Source: Camelus ferus (Eukaryota). From it: DNA of 64,000 bases. This document shows positions 50,480-63,959 of the stretch, one piece after another (within the stretch, counting starts at the first letter, position 1; every line of letters starts with the position of its first letter). The notes under the pieces are model-generated. The model was not told the DNA's origin, ran no database searches, and was given only the letters and a program-made list of their open reading frames with translations. The translations under genes and the position numbers were made by a program. The stretch covers positions 115,384,001 through 115,448,000 of the forward strand of contig NC_045697.1 in the NCBI RefSeq assembly GCF_009834535.1, in the 5' to 3' direction.

Positions 50480-52100
50480 CTTAAATTGCCTCACAAAGGA
50501 AAGAAAATCAGAAGAACATGGCCTCTAGATAAAAACAAAATTAGAAAATATAAACAGAGCCACACGCAGTCCAAATGCAATCACCAATAAAGAATTTTAA
50601 CATATCTATGAAAATATCTTTAACATAAAAATAGATATGATAAGCTAAGAGATGAATTTCAGAAGAGATTTGGAAACTATAAAAAGGAGATGAATTGAAA
50701 TTCTGAAAGTGAGAAATATATCCGATTAAAGAAAAAAATCACAGGAAGGGATTAACAGCAGAATAAACACAAGGCCAGTCAACAGAAACGTTTAAACTGA
50801 AGAACATTGAAAAATCAATTGAAATAAAATGACCAGAGTATCTGGGACTTGTGACACAGGACTCAACAGTCAAACAGATAATTGTAGGTGATGTTTGTAG
50901 ATATGTTCAGAGAATTGATCATCCCGTCTGCAATGTGACCTTAAGGAGGATAGTTTCGTGCAGCAATGAGCTAGACGCCTGTTAAGAGTGAGTTTAAGAG
51001 AGGATGGGCAGATTTGAACTGGAAACAGCAAATGTTACAGATCTGTTGAGGGACTGCACGTGAGGACACAGCAATCCTTTTAATGAGTAAAGTCCTGTAG
51101 TCAGTGTCTGAAATGCTTAGGAAAGAGTATGCACTGAGACACCTGGCATTGCTTCAGGGTGCTAATTAACTGAGAAAGAAGCCAATCACAAAAGTCCACG
51201 TATTCCATTTACATGAAATGTTCAAAATAAGCAAACTACTGAGACAAAAAAAGAGATTAGGGCTGAGGTGTTTGGGAGGAAATGGAGACTGAGTGTTCAT
51301 GGATAGAGGTTTCTTTTTGATTTTTTTAAAATGGATTGTAGTGACAATAAATACACTTAAACCACTGAACTGTACACTTGAAATGAGTGAATTCTATGAT
51401 GTATGAAATATGTCATAAATCTATTATAAAAATAAATGTTAATATGATTCACCATATTAAAAGAATAAAGGAGAAATATAATGATCCCACTTAAACTGAA
51501 ATAACATTTGACGAATTCAGCCCCCACTTAGGATTAAAGGAAGTAAAGAATTCACAGCAAACCAGAGAAAGAATGACAGTTTCTCAATTTGAAAAAGTAC
51601 CCACTAATCACTCACCTAATATCCTATCTGAGAAAGAAAAAGAAGAAAAAAGTTTACACATAGCCATTTCTTTCATAGTAGCCAATAACTACATAGAATG
51701 CAAATGTCCATTAAAGAGAAAAGAGGTGAAAACAATTGTAGTCTCTTCACGTAAGGTAACACTACTCAGTAGTGAAATATACACACTGCTACGTATGCAA
51801 CATCATGGGTGAATCTCGGAGTCACGTTTAATAAAAGAAACTAAAAGCATAATGACTACCTGCTGTAAGATTCCATTCATATGACGTTCCAAACAGGCAA
51901 AACAAAGGTGTAGTGATAGAAATTATATGAGGGGTTCCCCGATCAGGCAATGGGGGTTCGCTGGAACTTTGAGAAGTGTTAGAAATATGCTTTTGTTTTT
52001 AGTGGTGATCACGTTGGAATATACAGTAGACAAAACTCATTGAACCGTACACTTACAACCTGCACATCTTCTAGGTAAATGTATATAAATAAAGCTGACA
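50480..52100 (+). mobile_element. Cluster of old, degraded L1M (L1ME/L1MC-like) fragments
   Basis: 'attccatttacatgaaatgttcaaaataagcaaa', 'aaccactgaactgtacacttgaaatgagtgaatt', 'gattccattcatatgacgttccaaacaggcaaaac'. Confidence 0.6.
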
Positions 52101-53721
52101 AAAAACAATTAGCCCACAATATTAAGTCTGGAGGACAATGAGAATGGTGCAAGAATTTACTAAAATAGGGCATTTAAAAGACAGAATTGACTTTGGAGAG
52201 ATTCCTTGTGACCTCATGGTCCAAGGACAAAATGTCTGAGAATATGGTCCAATGAAATACACAGATTCAATCTCTTCCCTCACAATTCATTCCACAACTC
52301 ATGGCCATTTGTATTATCACTTACTTGCTAAATGCCAGCTTTAATTGAGTTATAGAAATTATTTTTCTAGTAAGTAAAGGTGTATGTTTTGCATTCACTA
52401 TTCTGAAAATAAAAATAATTCATTATTTCTTTTTACCTAATTTCCTAAAAACTGACCCAAATATATGGATCACCTATTTTAAAGTGCATTACTTGGGTGT
52501 CTCAAATACCTTTCACTTCAGCTTCTCTCAGCTGAATTAGGCAATTTAATGTAAGATGTATTTTGCTTAATACTAGTAATAACATCAGAACAGTGTTTAT
52601 CTCAATTCATTGTTCAGTGTCAATGAAAAAGAAAACTCTTGAATCATGTCTGGTAAAATGCCCAAGCGGTGCTTCTCTGGTGTCTTCAGATGCTAAGTGA
52701 GATGGTAAATAAGGAGTCAGAAGCATCCTTTGAAGAGGTTTATACTTCCGCTTGGTTCTAGTTCTCCAGGGATTAATTATGGTGACCACACTAGCCTGAT
52801 GGAAAGGACTTGGGAGATAAAGCTGATTTGTTTCTTTCTTCCCTTTCCCGCTCTCATTTTAGGCAGAACACAAGCATAAAGAGCCACGTCGGGAGACACA
52901 GCGGGTGCTGCTCAGAACACCTGCTGCAACAAGGCAAAGGCCATGAATTCCACGCAGGAAAAACGCGAAGGAACTACTGGTTGTCAGTTAGACTCCCGGA
53001 TACTCGTTTTGCAGATAGTAGAGAGCATGTTGAGTCTCATCAGCTTTAGGGGAAAAAACGTACAAAATATACAAAACACAGCACTGGGAAAACTCTTTTA
53101 TCCTCCTCATTCAGACACTTGGATGAAACACACTTTGAAAGAGACAAAGTTGCAGCTGGTGATGAGGATAACTTACCTGGATTTTGAGCTAATGTGAAAG
53201 TGTTTAAAGAGGTAAATGTTATATACATTGTATATATATCTTTGTGTGTAATGCGTTAATACCAGTGTTCAACTCTGTTCTTGGTTTTATTATTTGTAAC
53301 TACAGATAAGTGAGTAAAAGTCTTCATTTTTACGTAATCAGTTCGTGTTCGATTTCTCATTAAGCCATTAAGTGATGTGTTAGGATCCATAACGAGAATC
53401 AGGCTGGTGAATTTTATACAGTCAGCTTCATATCTCTGACAGGAAGAATCGTAACGCCACAGCAGCTTTCATAGTCCTTCTCACTCTCCTCATTCTGTTG
53501 AGCAATTCACTAATAAGCCATTTTTTGGTCTTTTTGTTGTTGTTGTTGTTTTAACCACAAAGTGTGCACCAATATTATTTCTATAGTCTGAGTTCCCCGT
53601 ATAACATAAAGACAGCAAGCCCCTAAGGTGGTTTCTTTCTCTGAGAAGTAAGTTGATTGATACATGTCACACGTTGTTTCTACTATGTTGAAACTTGAAA
53701 CAAGTCTCACATCTTACTAGT

Positions 53722-54273
53722 TGTTACCCCAGGAGGGGACGGGAAAAGACCTCAGTTCTTGTCTTACTCAAAAGATTAGAATTTAGACAGGAGACAGAAG
53801 TTTTGTGGTGAAAGATTTTAAAGGTTTTATTTAGCAAAGGGAAAGTACCCCTCCAAGAATGGGAGGCGGGCTGATCCAAGGGCAGACAGCAGTGGTCTTT
53901 GTTTGCCCCCTTCCTCTTACACCCTCGCTTAGAGGGGGTCTCTTGACTGATTGATGGCTCTTGCCCCCGGAGTGCTTAGTCATGCTCGTCCCCTTTTGCG
54001 CATGTCCTTACTCATGATGCACACAGACAAACCCATGGGGGCCTAACCTGCAATGCTGATTATATTACAATGAGCACTGGGTCATGTCTGGTTAGGTCCT
54101 TGTCACTACTGCACAATTATGGCTGTTGGGTCCCAACCAGATTCTTGCTGGCACTCGTTTAGAGGAAGCAAAGCCCCTTTATGCTGGAGGTGGGCATAAC
54201 GCCATCTTCCGGACCCTCCACCCTCTCCTCCACCTCGTCGGCCTGGTGCCCCCACTTATCTAACTACCTAACA
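53722..54273 (-). mobile_element. Solo ERV1 LTR inserted in a MIR-like sequence
   Basis: tgttacc...cctaaca; TSD tagt/taat; AATAAA on the minus strand near 53826; flanks rejoin as MIR-like 'cttactagt..aatcttcctcaagt'. Confidence 0.85.
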
Positions 54274-57099
54274 TAATGAGTAATCTTCCTCAAGTAATAT
54301 TTTTTTCTATCCTGGTCTATGTGAAACAAGTACAAAAGGAAAACATTTTCCCCCAAATGACTCTGTACCCCTAATATGAAGAACACACAAATCTTCAATA
54401 CATGGCAGACGTTGTTTAAGCTACTTGGCTCTTAGGATGACAATGATTTGAATTTGACTTTAATGTAGAAAACAACTACAGTACATTTCCATTTAGAATG
54501 AATGTAGTTTAAATAGGTTTAATTTTAGAACATAGGGATAAGTCACCTTCTGTTTAGAAATCCTGCTGTTTGGATGCGGTTTTATTTCAGAAAATCTGCA
54601 GTTACCAATTCCATTTTCTTCAGAATGCCGCCATGTGAATGAGGCTTTTGAGCAGAAAGCTTGCTGTTACCAGCCACCTTCCATTCACAGGACTACCTTC
54701 TGAATGTGCTTTCAATTAGGGAATCTCAGTAAGTTCATTTTAACCCCCCCCCCAAAAAAAAACCCAATTCAACTCTGGCACTTTGAATCATCAGGCCATT
54801 TTGAAATGGAGCCCTTACTGTTCTTGACATTGGAAGCCATCCAAGCAGGAGAAAATAAAATCAAAATCGCATGCAGGGGAAGAATTTTAAAATTGTCCGT
54901 TTTTTAAATTGTGGTGCCAAAAAGGACAGATGGTCCAGCGAACACACATGGGGTCATGCATCTTTAGAAATCTAATCACACTGTCCACCTCCCATGGTAA
55001 ATGATTCTATCTGTAAAGCACTTGTAGCCGTATGGAGAGAAATGAAGCAAGGGAATATGAATCTGCGTTCTAATCGCTCAGAATGCAGAGAAGGCAGCCT
55101 GAAAAGTTAGCAAGTGAAAGAAAGAATAAAGGGCGATCAAGAAGTGTCACCAGAATAGCGTTCTCCCATTCTAGCAATTGAGAAGCACAGGGATTTACAA
55201 CAGAAAAATCTATGCCACTTTCAATTTGTTGTAATTCCCTCTTCATCTAGTTCAAATAAGCCCCTATTTCAGAAAAAAAAATCTCCAGTAATCATCATAT
55301 TGACACTTCATCTAGACGGAGTGCTAATGAGCCAAGATTTTCCTGCCATAATTTTTACCCAAGAGCTCACACTGTCACAACCCATCAAAGAAACAGTGGC
55401 AGGCACACTTTCAATCTCAAAACACTTTCCTCCTTCAGAAGCTTCTGTTTTCAAGTGTAGCGGGTTATTTGTTCCTGAATATCTGTTTTTCCTCCTCTAT
55501 TTCAATTGTCTACATGACTTGTAATGAAATGAGGCAAGAATAAAAATGTTTCCTTCACTGTCAATTTGTGTCTTTCTCTATCCTTTCTAAAATCTGATGG
55601 TTTTCTTTTAGTCCAAGACCTTTAGAAGGAATTCTCCAACAGCAGCCGTGTATATTTCTGATCTTAAAGTAAAGTACCGGAACTCCCAGAAGGGGAGACA
55701 AAGATTGTGACGAAAGGGAGACAAATAAACAACTTTTAGTTTAAAAAATGAAAGTAGGAAAGAAAGCCTCAAATGCCTAGAAGCTACTCAGCAAATCTAT
55801 TTAAAAATTTTATATTTATAGTACTTTTTTTTAGCTATGTCTTCCTGAAGTCATTTTCTTTTCCCCGATTTTATAAAAGTCATCACTGTCATACAATTTT
55901 TCTTTCTATTTTTTTGCTAGTGTCTTTGGATCTCTGAAGCTGATGTGCAATCCTAGTGGAGATAGTCAAGCTTCACTTTTAAAATGGAGACTCCTTTTAT
56001 TCTCCATTAAGGCATTTTCACTGTTCACATGATAGAAATTCAAACAAAGAGAGAATCATTAAGTTGCATCATCACTAAACCCTGCCCCTCCAAGAAACAA
56101 CATAGTCAACTAAGCTGATATATATAAATATAAACATACATATATATGTGTGTATATATATATCCTGAATTGTATTGCTAGTAAAGAGATCAGCACTTTC
56201 CTTAGTCTACACATGTTTCTTTCTTGTCTCTTTTCTATCTCCCTGGTCACCCAGCTTGGATCACAGTTATTCCGGGCATTTTGAGAGGGGAGGAAGGTCA
56301 GTTGCTTTTCCCCTGAGTTCAGATCACATGGGATTGAGAAAAGAAAAATAATAGAATTTTTTCCACCAAGCTCTTTGCCAGCTAGATCAGAATTGGACTA
56401 CATTTCAGCTATGGAATTGAACTCTATCTAGAGATAGAGTTGTTTCTATATAGTTTTTTGTACTTTTCTGCTGTAGTTCTTTTACTGTCCTGGTAAGAAT
56501 TCCTATCAAAATATTTCAATGTCGAACTCTGTAGAAATGAGCCTCCTGTTTTCCAGGTCTGGATAATTTGGGTTGGAAAGACATCAGAGCAGTAGAGTGC
56601 TCAAAAACTTGCTCAGACACACAAAAACATGCCTCAAAGTCAGAGGATGATGCTAAAACAGGTAGAAATGGGAGGTGAGGAGGTAAAAATAAGGATGTAA
56701 AGGTATATTTACCCAACCTTTTTTTTTTTTTGTCTTGAAGCCGAGTGCAGTAATGTTGCTAAAATAACGTATCACCCATATCTTAATGAACTAGCATCCT
56801 ACAGCAATGCCCGGTGTTTTAGTGCATACTCTTTCCTAAGCATTTCAGACACTGACTATAGGACTTTACTCATTAAAAGGATTGCTGTGTCCTAACATAC
56901 AGTTCCTCAAAAGATCTGCAACATTTGCTGTTTCCAGTTCACATCTGTCCATCCTCTCTTAAACTCACCTTTAACAGGCGTCTAACGCATTGCTGCACAA
57001 AACTATACTTCTTAAGGTCACACTGCAGGTGGGATGCTCAATTCTCTGGATTCACCTTACTCCACTCAGCAGCTCTGTGGGATACATGTGATTCGGCCT

Positions 57100-58360
57100 C
57101 AGAATGTGTTCTCAGCTCAGCCTCAGGGAAGCAACACCGTCTCTGTTCTCCTCCTTCACAGATATCTCCTTTCCTTTTCTTTGCTCTGTCACTTCATCTA
57201 CTCAACCTATAAGGGCCTCTTACTTGAATGTCTTCTTTTTAATCTATGCCCAGCCCCTAGGAAACTTGATGCCATCTCATGACTTTAAATGCTGTCTCTT
57301 CACTGAAGACTCTCCAATTTACATCTTCACCCCAGACATGTCCCCTGTATTCCAGACCTATATACAGTCAATCGAGTTTTTACATCTCCACTTCTATGTA
57401 TAATAAGAATCTCAGACTTAACCTGGACACAGCAGAGATGACTTAGTGATTGCCAAAGTTTTGGCTAAGAGCTGACGAGAAAGAGGGTCTCGTTCAGGGA
57501 TGGCGTTTCTCTCTCCTAACTCGTTTCCAGGTGGACTTCAGCCACTTAGTCTGGGTGGTGAAATGTAGGTGGAAGCATTGTGGTTCCCTGACAGGCTGGG
57601 AGTAGATATAAAATGTGAATGCTGGCTCTGTCTTCTAGAGGAGGACAACAAGGTGACCTTGAAGCCACAGGATGGTAGAACCATGGGATAGGGACAGATT
57701 GATGATTCAGAGTCATGACCAACCATGAGACAGTCTTAAGGGAAGAGTATCTGGAAGAATTTTCCAACCTGAACATCTACATTGGATTACAGGTGAGTAA
57801 GAAATAAATTTTTATTGTATGAATTCATTATTTTGTGAATTTATTGTGTGAATTTCTCCAAAATCTCTAACGCTCCAGTGTTAACAATAATACCTTAATC
57901 ATTAGTCTAATGCATATACAGAAAGCAAATCCCTGATTTACTTCTTCATCCAATCCATCCAGAAAACAAAGAAATTCTCATTACCTGTCAGTGGCTTAGG
58001 TTAGCCATCCTCAACTCTTTTTTTTTTTTTTTTGGTCTTATAGTTCATCTCCTATTTATTCACAAGTCTGTTGGAATAACCTTTAAAATAAATCCAGACT
58101 CTAGGTATCTCACCGCATCCTGTGATCTGTGCATCATCCTTCCTTGTGCTAACTGTCATAATACATTTTTATTAACCCTGGCTGCTGTGCCCACCTACAA
58201 TATCCTTGGGATTTAGTGATGTTTCTCATAAACAAGTCAGATATTGCTGATCAGGTCCCCAGTGAAGTGGACACTGCCGGATTGCCAGATTGCCTGATCA
58301 TACCAACATGACTTACAAACAGTAGGCCTGTGATAAATATTTTGTGAGTGGATAATTAAA
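57100..58360 (+). mobile_element. L2 fragments interrupted by an MLT1-like LTR (about 57430-57890)
   Basis: L2 'catgactttaaat..gactctccaatttacatcttcaccccagac..ccagacct'; MLT1 3' end 'gtgagtaagaaataaatttttattgtatgaa'. Confidence 0.65.
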
Positions 58361-59117
58361 AAGGAATTAAAAGAGTTCTGTGCCTTGAGGGCCCTGAAAT
58401 TAGATCCAAGAGACATGAGTTCTCATTCCAAACACACTAGCAGCTTTGGTTTTGGCGAAGTCGCTTATCTGAGCCATCCTGTCCAGAGCAGGGAGAACAG
58501 ATGTGAACCACTTACAGGAAATATCAGTCTTGTGCCTCGAGACAATCTCCATCTTCTTTCATGTTAAGCTTAAACTTAAATGCATACCCATATATTTCAC
58601 AATGGTACCCAGTAAGCTGCTGTATTTTCATATATGCAGTATTTCACTCTTGAGGCTTGGCTACATGGTATCAACGTTGCTGAACTCGCTCAATTGTGAT
58701 GACTTCCTGGAGATATATGAGGTTCCCTGATCCTCCCAGGATCAGACTGATCTGGGCATAACCTAAGAAATATGTTCAATTAACCTTAACAGTTTTACTT
58801 CATCTTGTTTATAAGTCCCATTTTATGAGCCCTATTATAAGTTACTGAACTTTAAAACATTTGACAATCTCTGCCTTATCATAGTTTCAAGAGAAAAAAA
58901 ATTAGAATGATTTTTATTTTCAATACTTACTACTGCTTATATTCTGGAAAGCCCTCTCTCTTCTATCTGCATACCAAAGCTTTGCGCAGCTTCTGCCCTA
59001 CTCCTCCCATGCATGACTGCTGAAGCCCATAGCAAACTCCACGCTCTAAAGGTCTTTGACCACTGTTACTTACAATGCATTCCTTTTTCCCGCACTCCCA
59101 ATATTTTCATTCCTGCC

Positions 59118-59120
<3 letters not shown>

Positions 59121-59192
<72 letters not shown>
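59121..59192 (+). repeat. Compound (CT)n(AT)n microsatellite
   Basis: Long perfect CT run followed directly by an AT run. Confidence 0.97.
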
Positions 59193-59196
<4 letters not shown>

Positions 59197-59243
59197 ATAA
59201 AGGGCTTATCACCTTTTAACACACTATAATAATGTTCTCTCTT

Positions 59244-59752
59244 TGTCACGGAGTTCAAGCTCCTACTGTTCACCACACAACAGGCTACTAAATCGAGGGA
59301 TGAGTTGTCAGAGCAAGGAATAGTGACTTTATTTGGAACACCAGCAGACCAAGAAGATGGGGGGACTAGTGTTCCAAAGAAATTTGTTACCTAAGTCAGA
59401 ATTCAGGCTATTTTTATACTAAAAAAGGGCTAAAAAGAGGAAGGAGTGTGGCTGATTGTTGCAAACTTCTTGGTGTTGGAATCCTTTGTTCTTGAAGCAA
59501 AGGACATGGACATATGAGCCAGGTCATAGTGTTCCTTTTCTGCAACGTGTTATCTTGATATGAATGGAAAAGTATTAATATCTTTAAAGGTCAGAGCCTT
59601 GAGGATGGGCTCTCCTGTATATTTCAGGCTCTAGGCAGCATTCTGTTACAAAAGGTGCAGAACCAGCGTGACTGAGCCCGGGAAACAGAGCACAGGGTTA
59701 GAGCCAAAGGAACAAATCTAGTATGGAGTCAGATTTGTTCCTCCCTACTAGA
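59244..59752 (-). mobile_element. Solo ERV1 LTR (LTR39/MER34-like)
   Basis: Starts tgtcacggag on +; 'gcaaggaatagtgactttatttgga' (AATAAA on minus); ends 'atggagtcagatttgttctcccta'. Confidence 0.8.
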
Positions 59753-59895
59753 GTTTCATATGTCCTCTGTGTATTGTCTGTGTCTCTAGAATAAGTTCCA
59801 CAGGGCAGGGATTTGTATCTTTGAGTAACTGATAAGTCTTGAGTACCTGAAACAATATCCAGCACATAGAAGGCTCACAATAATTCTTTGTTTAA
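59753..59895 (+). mobile_element. L2 3' end
   Basis: 'agaataagttccacagggcagggattt..cagcacatagaaggctcacaataa'. Confidence 0.7.
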
Positions 59896-61618
59896 TATAT
59901 TGCCATTAACACATTGCCATTCTGTTCATTTTTTATTTCATTCATTTTTTTTTTGCACAAATTAAGTGTCTATAGGCTTATTTTCTTTCCAAAATTAGAC
60001 CATAAAATTAAGCAATGATGAGTCTCTTCTCAACATCCACCCCTCAGCAAAAGCCAAGAGCAGTATCACACAAGTATTAGAAACTCAATAAACATTTGTT
60101 GTACGATTGATTGAATAAATGGCTAAATCAATGGTGGCTTAGGGAGATTAATCTTTGACAAGAGTCACAGAGCTAATGCCATAGGTTTTTGTGGTTGTTA
60201 TTTGCTTTTGTATTTGATGCAGGATGGATGTGGGTTTTTTACTAACATGTGTTATAATATTTTGTTTGAAGGAATAATAACCCTGCACAGGAACACGTAT
60301 TTAGCTCCAATGGCCATAAGTACATTATCAGCACAAGTGAATGTTTTCAGAAGCTTTGAAGCATCAGCCCTGCTGGGCCAAATTGAAGTTTGGGGAAAAG
60401 AAATTATTCCTGCAGAACTCTGTGCTTTCCAACCATTTCTGGAAATCCTCAGCATCATAGAATTATACTTATTGTATCAACTTCTCTAAGAGGTCAAATT
60501 TTATTTTACTTCTCCTCTTTGGGGGAAAAAGAAAGGTAAATTGCATCATTATTTCTATGAAATTACACAGTCAAGGAAAGTTGGAATAACATTTAGCTGT
60601 ACAATATTTTAAAGATTTTTCAAGGGAAAAAATTCAAGTCAAAATACGCTGGATATCTTTTTAATTGTAGAAATGAGAAAATTCTGAGGTTTTTAAATTT
60701 AGCTTCCTATCTTGACTTGAAATTATATCTAGATGAATCAAGGTAGCCAGCTGTTTATCCTATTTATAAAAATTTCTAAAAGTAAGTATTTTGCATTTTT
60801 TGTTTACCTTCAAATTATAAAGTATCTGGAATATTGCTTTTATGTTCACATAAATTCTTTTGCTTTATTAATATATTATTGAATTCCAAGGGAGGGAGTG
60901 ATCCAATGGTCTAAAGATAAAACAATGGAATAACTTTGGGCTTACTATAGCTTCAAAATAATATATAACCATATCCAATAGTAGTGATATAGACACAAAT
61001 TGTAAAAATGTTAAGTTATAAATGGCAGAATAATCCTAATAATTCTATGAGAGTTAACAGATAATATAAATATATTTACAGAATTTTAAAATTAAACCCA
61101 CAGAACTGTTGAGAGTAGTTTAGATAATCTTTTTTTAATAAACTTTAAAATCACTTAAACTTGTAGTCTGCATATTTAAACTATTAACATTACTTCTGTA
61201 AATTGGGAGTTTTGTAATTAAAACAAATTTTATAACATGATATAATATAACTTTATTAATAAATTAATATTATACTTATTAATAAAATGCATTCAAACAC
61301 AAATATATTCTAAAAGTTTTTTAAAGTGAAAAATTAAAAATTCAACACTGAAAACGGCCACTTCCAACATTATATTCTTAATTCTAACTGCATAATGGTG
61401 TAGAACTAAGTTGTTTCTCCAAGATTCCCAGATCCCTGAAAGAGAAAGGACCTTTATAGAATCTTTATATTTTAAGATGAGCTTCCAGACAATCTGAATT
61501 ATGCCAATTTACAATGTTCTCTAGTATTCCGTGCAAGTAAGCATCAACTATGTGCTTCTGACGTTACATGAGGGACCTAAGCAGATCATCTCAAACGTTG
61601 TGAAATATACTCACTCTT

Positions 61619-61772
61619 GAGGGAAGGGTACAGCTGAGTGGTAGAGTGCATGCGTAGCATGCACAAGGTCCTGGGTTCAATCCCCAGTACCTCCATCAAA
61701 ATAAATAAAGACCTAATTACCTCCCCCCAAACAAAAAACAACAAAACAAAACAAAAAATTAAATAAATAATA
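61619..61772 (+). mobile_element. Vic-1-like SINE with perfect 16-bp TSD
   Basis: gagggaagggtacagctgagtggtagagtgcatgcgtagcatgcacaaggtcctgggttcaatcccc; TSD aaatatactcactctt at 61603-61618 and 61773-61788. Confidence 0.97.
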
Positions 61773-62390
61773 AAATATACTCACTCTTCCTCGTTTTCCT
61801 CTCTCTCCCTTTTTTAATCCACCCTTCTTCCATCCTCCCTCCCTCTCTTTCTTCCTCCTTTCTTTTTTATTCCTTTTTTGATTTATCAATTTTATTGTAA
61901 CCCCAGTTGACCAACGTATCCTTTTCAGATGCAACATTGAATAAGGCCAATGTTTAAGTTCTAGAGGAACATTTAGCTTCTGTTTATTACAGGTGTCGAT
62001 GTCTATAAATAGATTCCAAGTCTGTCATTGTATCAGATTTGGAAATAAAACAAAATTGTTCCCACATTTATGCTCCGTATAAAGTTCAAAACAAATGATA
62101 TGCTTAAAAAGTATGCCTTGTAGAAATAACTAGGATTTTTTAAAATGAATCCAGCATTAACTATTAAATATGCATACAATTTTTATATAAAGACATGACC
62201 TGTCAGTCACCTGTCAGTGTTGATATTTATAAGTTAAGAGGCCCATAAATTAATTGATGCATTGAATATCAAGTGAAAAGTTTCTCCTGAGGAGACTTGG
62301 GGAAAGATACGTAAGTGTTTAGTAAGAGAAAGTGATAGAAAATGGAAAACTAAAGTCTGAAAGGAATCACAGGCCAGCGCCCCACCTCGG

Positions 62391-62463
62391 CACACACACA
62401 CACGCACACAAAAACACACACACCCACACACACACACAAACACACACACCCACACACACACAC
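62391..62463 (+). repeat. Imperfect (CA)n microsatellite
   Basis: Interrupted CA runs. Confidence 0.9.
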
Positions 62464-63056
62464 AGTAATTTAAGGTGTACAGGAAAGCCCCAGGCAATTA
62501 ACAAATAGCAAGTACTTCCTCTGGGTGGCTACTGTATATGGAATGATCTGTCTATTCACTCTGGGTGGTAAATCTGAGCTGCTTAGTGCATTGGAATAAG
62601 CAGGATGTCTGGATCTCTGGATCTGAGCTTGTCACTGTCTCCAGGCTATCAGTATTTCAGGAGTGTTTCTTAAATACTAGCTGATCATGGGGTCTTGCTT
62701 GGCCAATTTCGGTCAAATGGACAGTTTCTCAGAGGTAGTCCTTCTGCTTTGAGCTTTTGGCTCCCAACATACAAGCAAAGTTCTTTCATTATAAAAATTC
62801 AGCCTCAGCCGAAACTCCCTGAGTGGGTACTACACCTCTGATCTGTTCACACCTCACCCTTCCCCTGGCTGTCTCCAACCATCCGGAGACAACCCACAAG
62901 GAGAGAGTGGAGTGGTCATGGCTCTTCTTTGTCTACCTTGTGACCCATCTTTATTTCCTTATTCCCACAGGTAGCTCCTCACAAAGGACTCTGAATACAC
63001 TTCTCAGCTTTGTCGGTAAAGCCTGGTGTGACGTCTTATGCTTTGCAATTTAAAAA

Positions 63057-63420
63057 CAAACTTGATAGACTTGGAAGGCATGACGCTAAGCGAAATCAAT
63101 CAGACAGAGAAAGACAAATACTATAGGATATCACTTTTACGTGGAATCTAAAAGTACAACAAAGTAGTGGATACAACGAAAAAGAAGCAGATTCACTAAT
63201 ATAGAGAACAAACTAGTGGTTACCAGGGAGGAGGACCTGGAAGGGACAATATGAGTTGGGGGAGGGGTTGGAGGCATAAACTATTGGGGGTCAATAGGCT
63301 CAAGGATGTATTGTACAATGCAGGGAATAAAGCCAATATCTTGACGTAACTGTAAATGGAAAATAATCTTTAAAAATTGTATTAAAAATAAAAATAAATT
63401 TAAAATAAAAATAAAAGGAA
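63057..63420 (+). mobile_element. L1 3' end (L1MA-like)
   Basis: 'gctaagcgaaatcaatcagacagagaaagacaaatac..gaacaaactagtggttaccag' followed by an A-rich tail. Confidence 0.9.
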
Positions 63421-63424
63421 GGTC

Positions 63425-63672
63425 ATTAATTAAAACATAGATACTTTAATTCCAGAGCCAGATAGCTAAAGTCTGAAGCTCTTCCCTCTTTACTAGTTGC
63501 CCTTGGGCAAGCCACTCAACTCTGTAAGTCTTAGGTCACTCACCCTTAAAATGGTAATAATAATACATACCTCATCTTTATTGTGAATTACATGACGTGA
63601 TGTCTGACTAGTAAGTTCCTTAGCACAGAGCCTGAAATAGGCAAAGCACCTAATTAAAGATAGTTGGTATAA
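63425..63672 (+). mobile_element. MIR
   Basis: 'ccagagccaga..ccttgggcaagccactcaactctg..taaaatggtaataataatacatacctca'. Confidence 0.75.
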
Positions 63673-63959
63673 TTTTTAATATGCTAAATTTATATTATTA
63701 TTGTTAGGTGCTTAAATATTAATGAACTGAATTTATCAGGAACAAATCAAACCTATGAGAACTTCTAAAAATCAGTGCAAATTAGATGTAGCTAAACTCA
63801 TGGGGGTGATATAAAAATGGATTCAGTTTTTCAAAAACTACTATTGAAGACATCTTGTCTCCTTTTGAATATGTAAAATTTCAAACTTAAAATTTGCAAG
63901 GTTTTGAGGCTCTTTTTCTCACCTAATAAAGTCTCACAGAATGAAAAAAAAACTGATAC

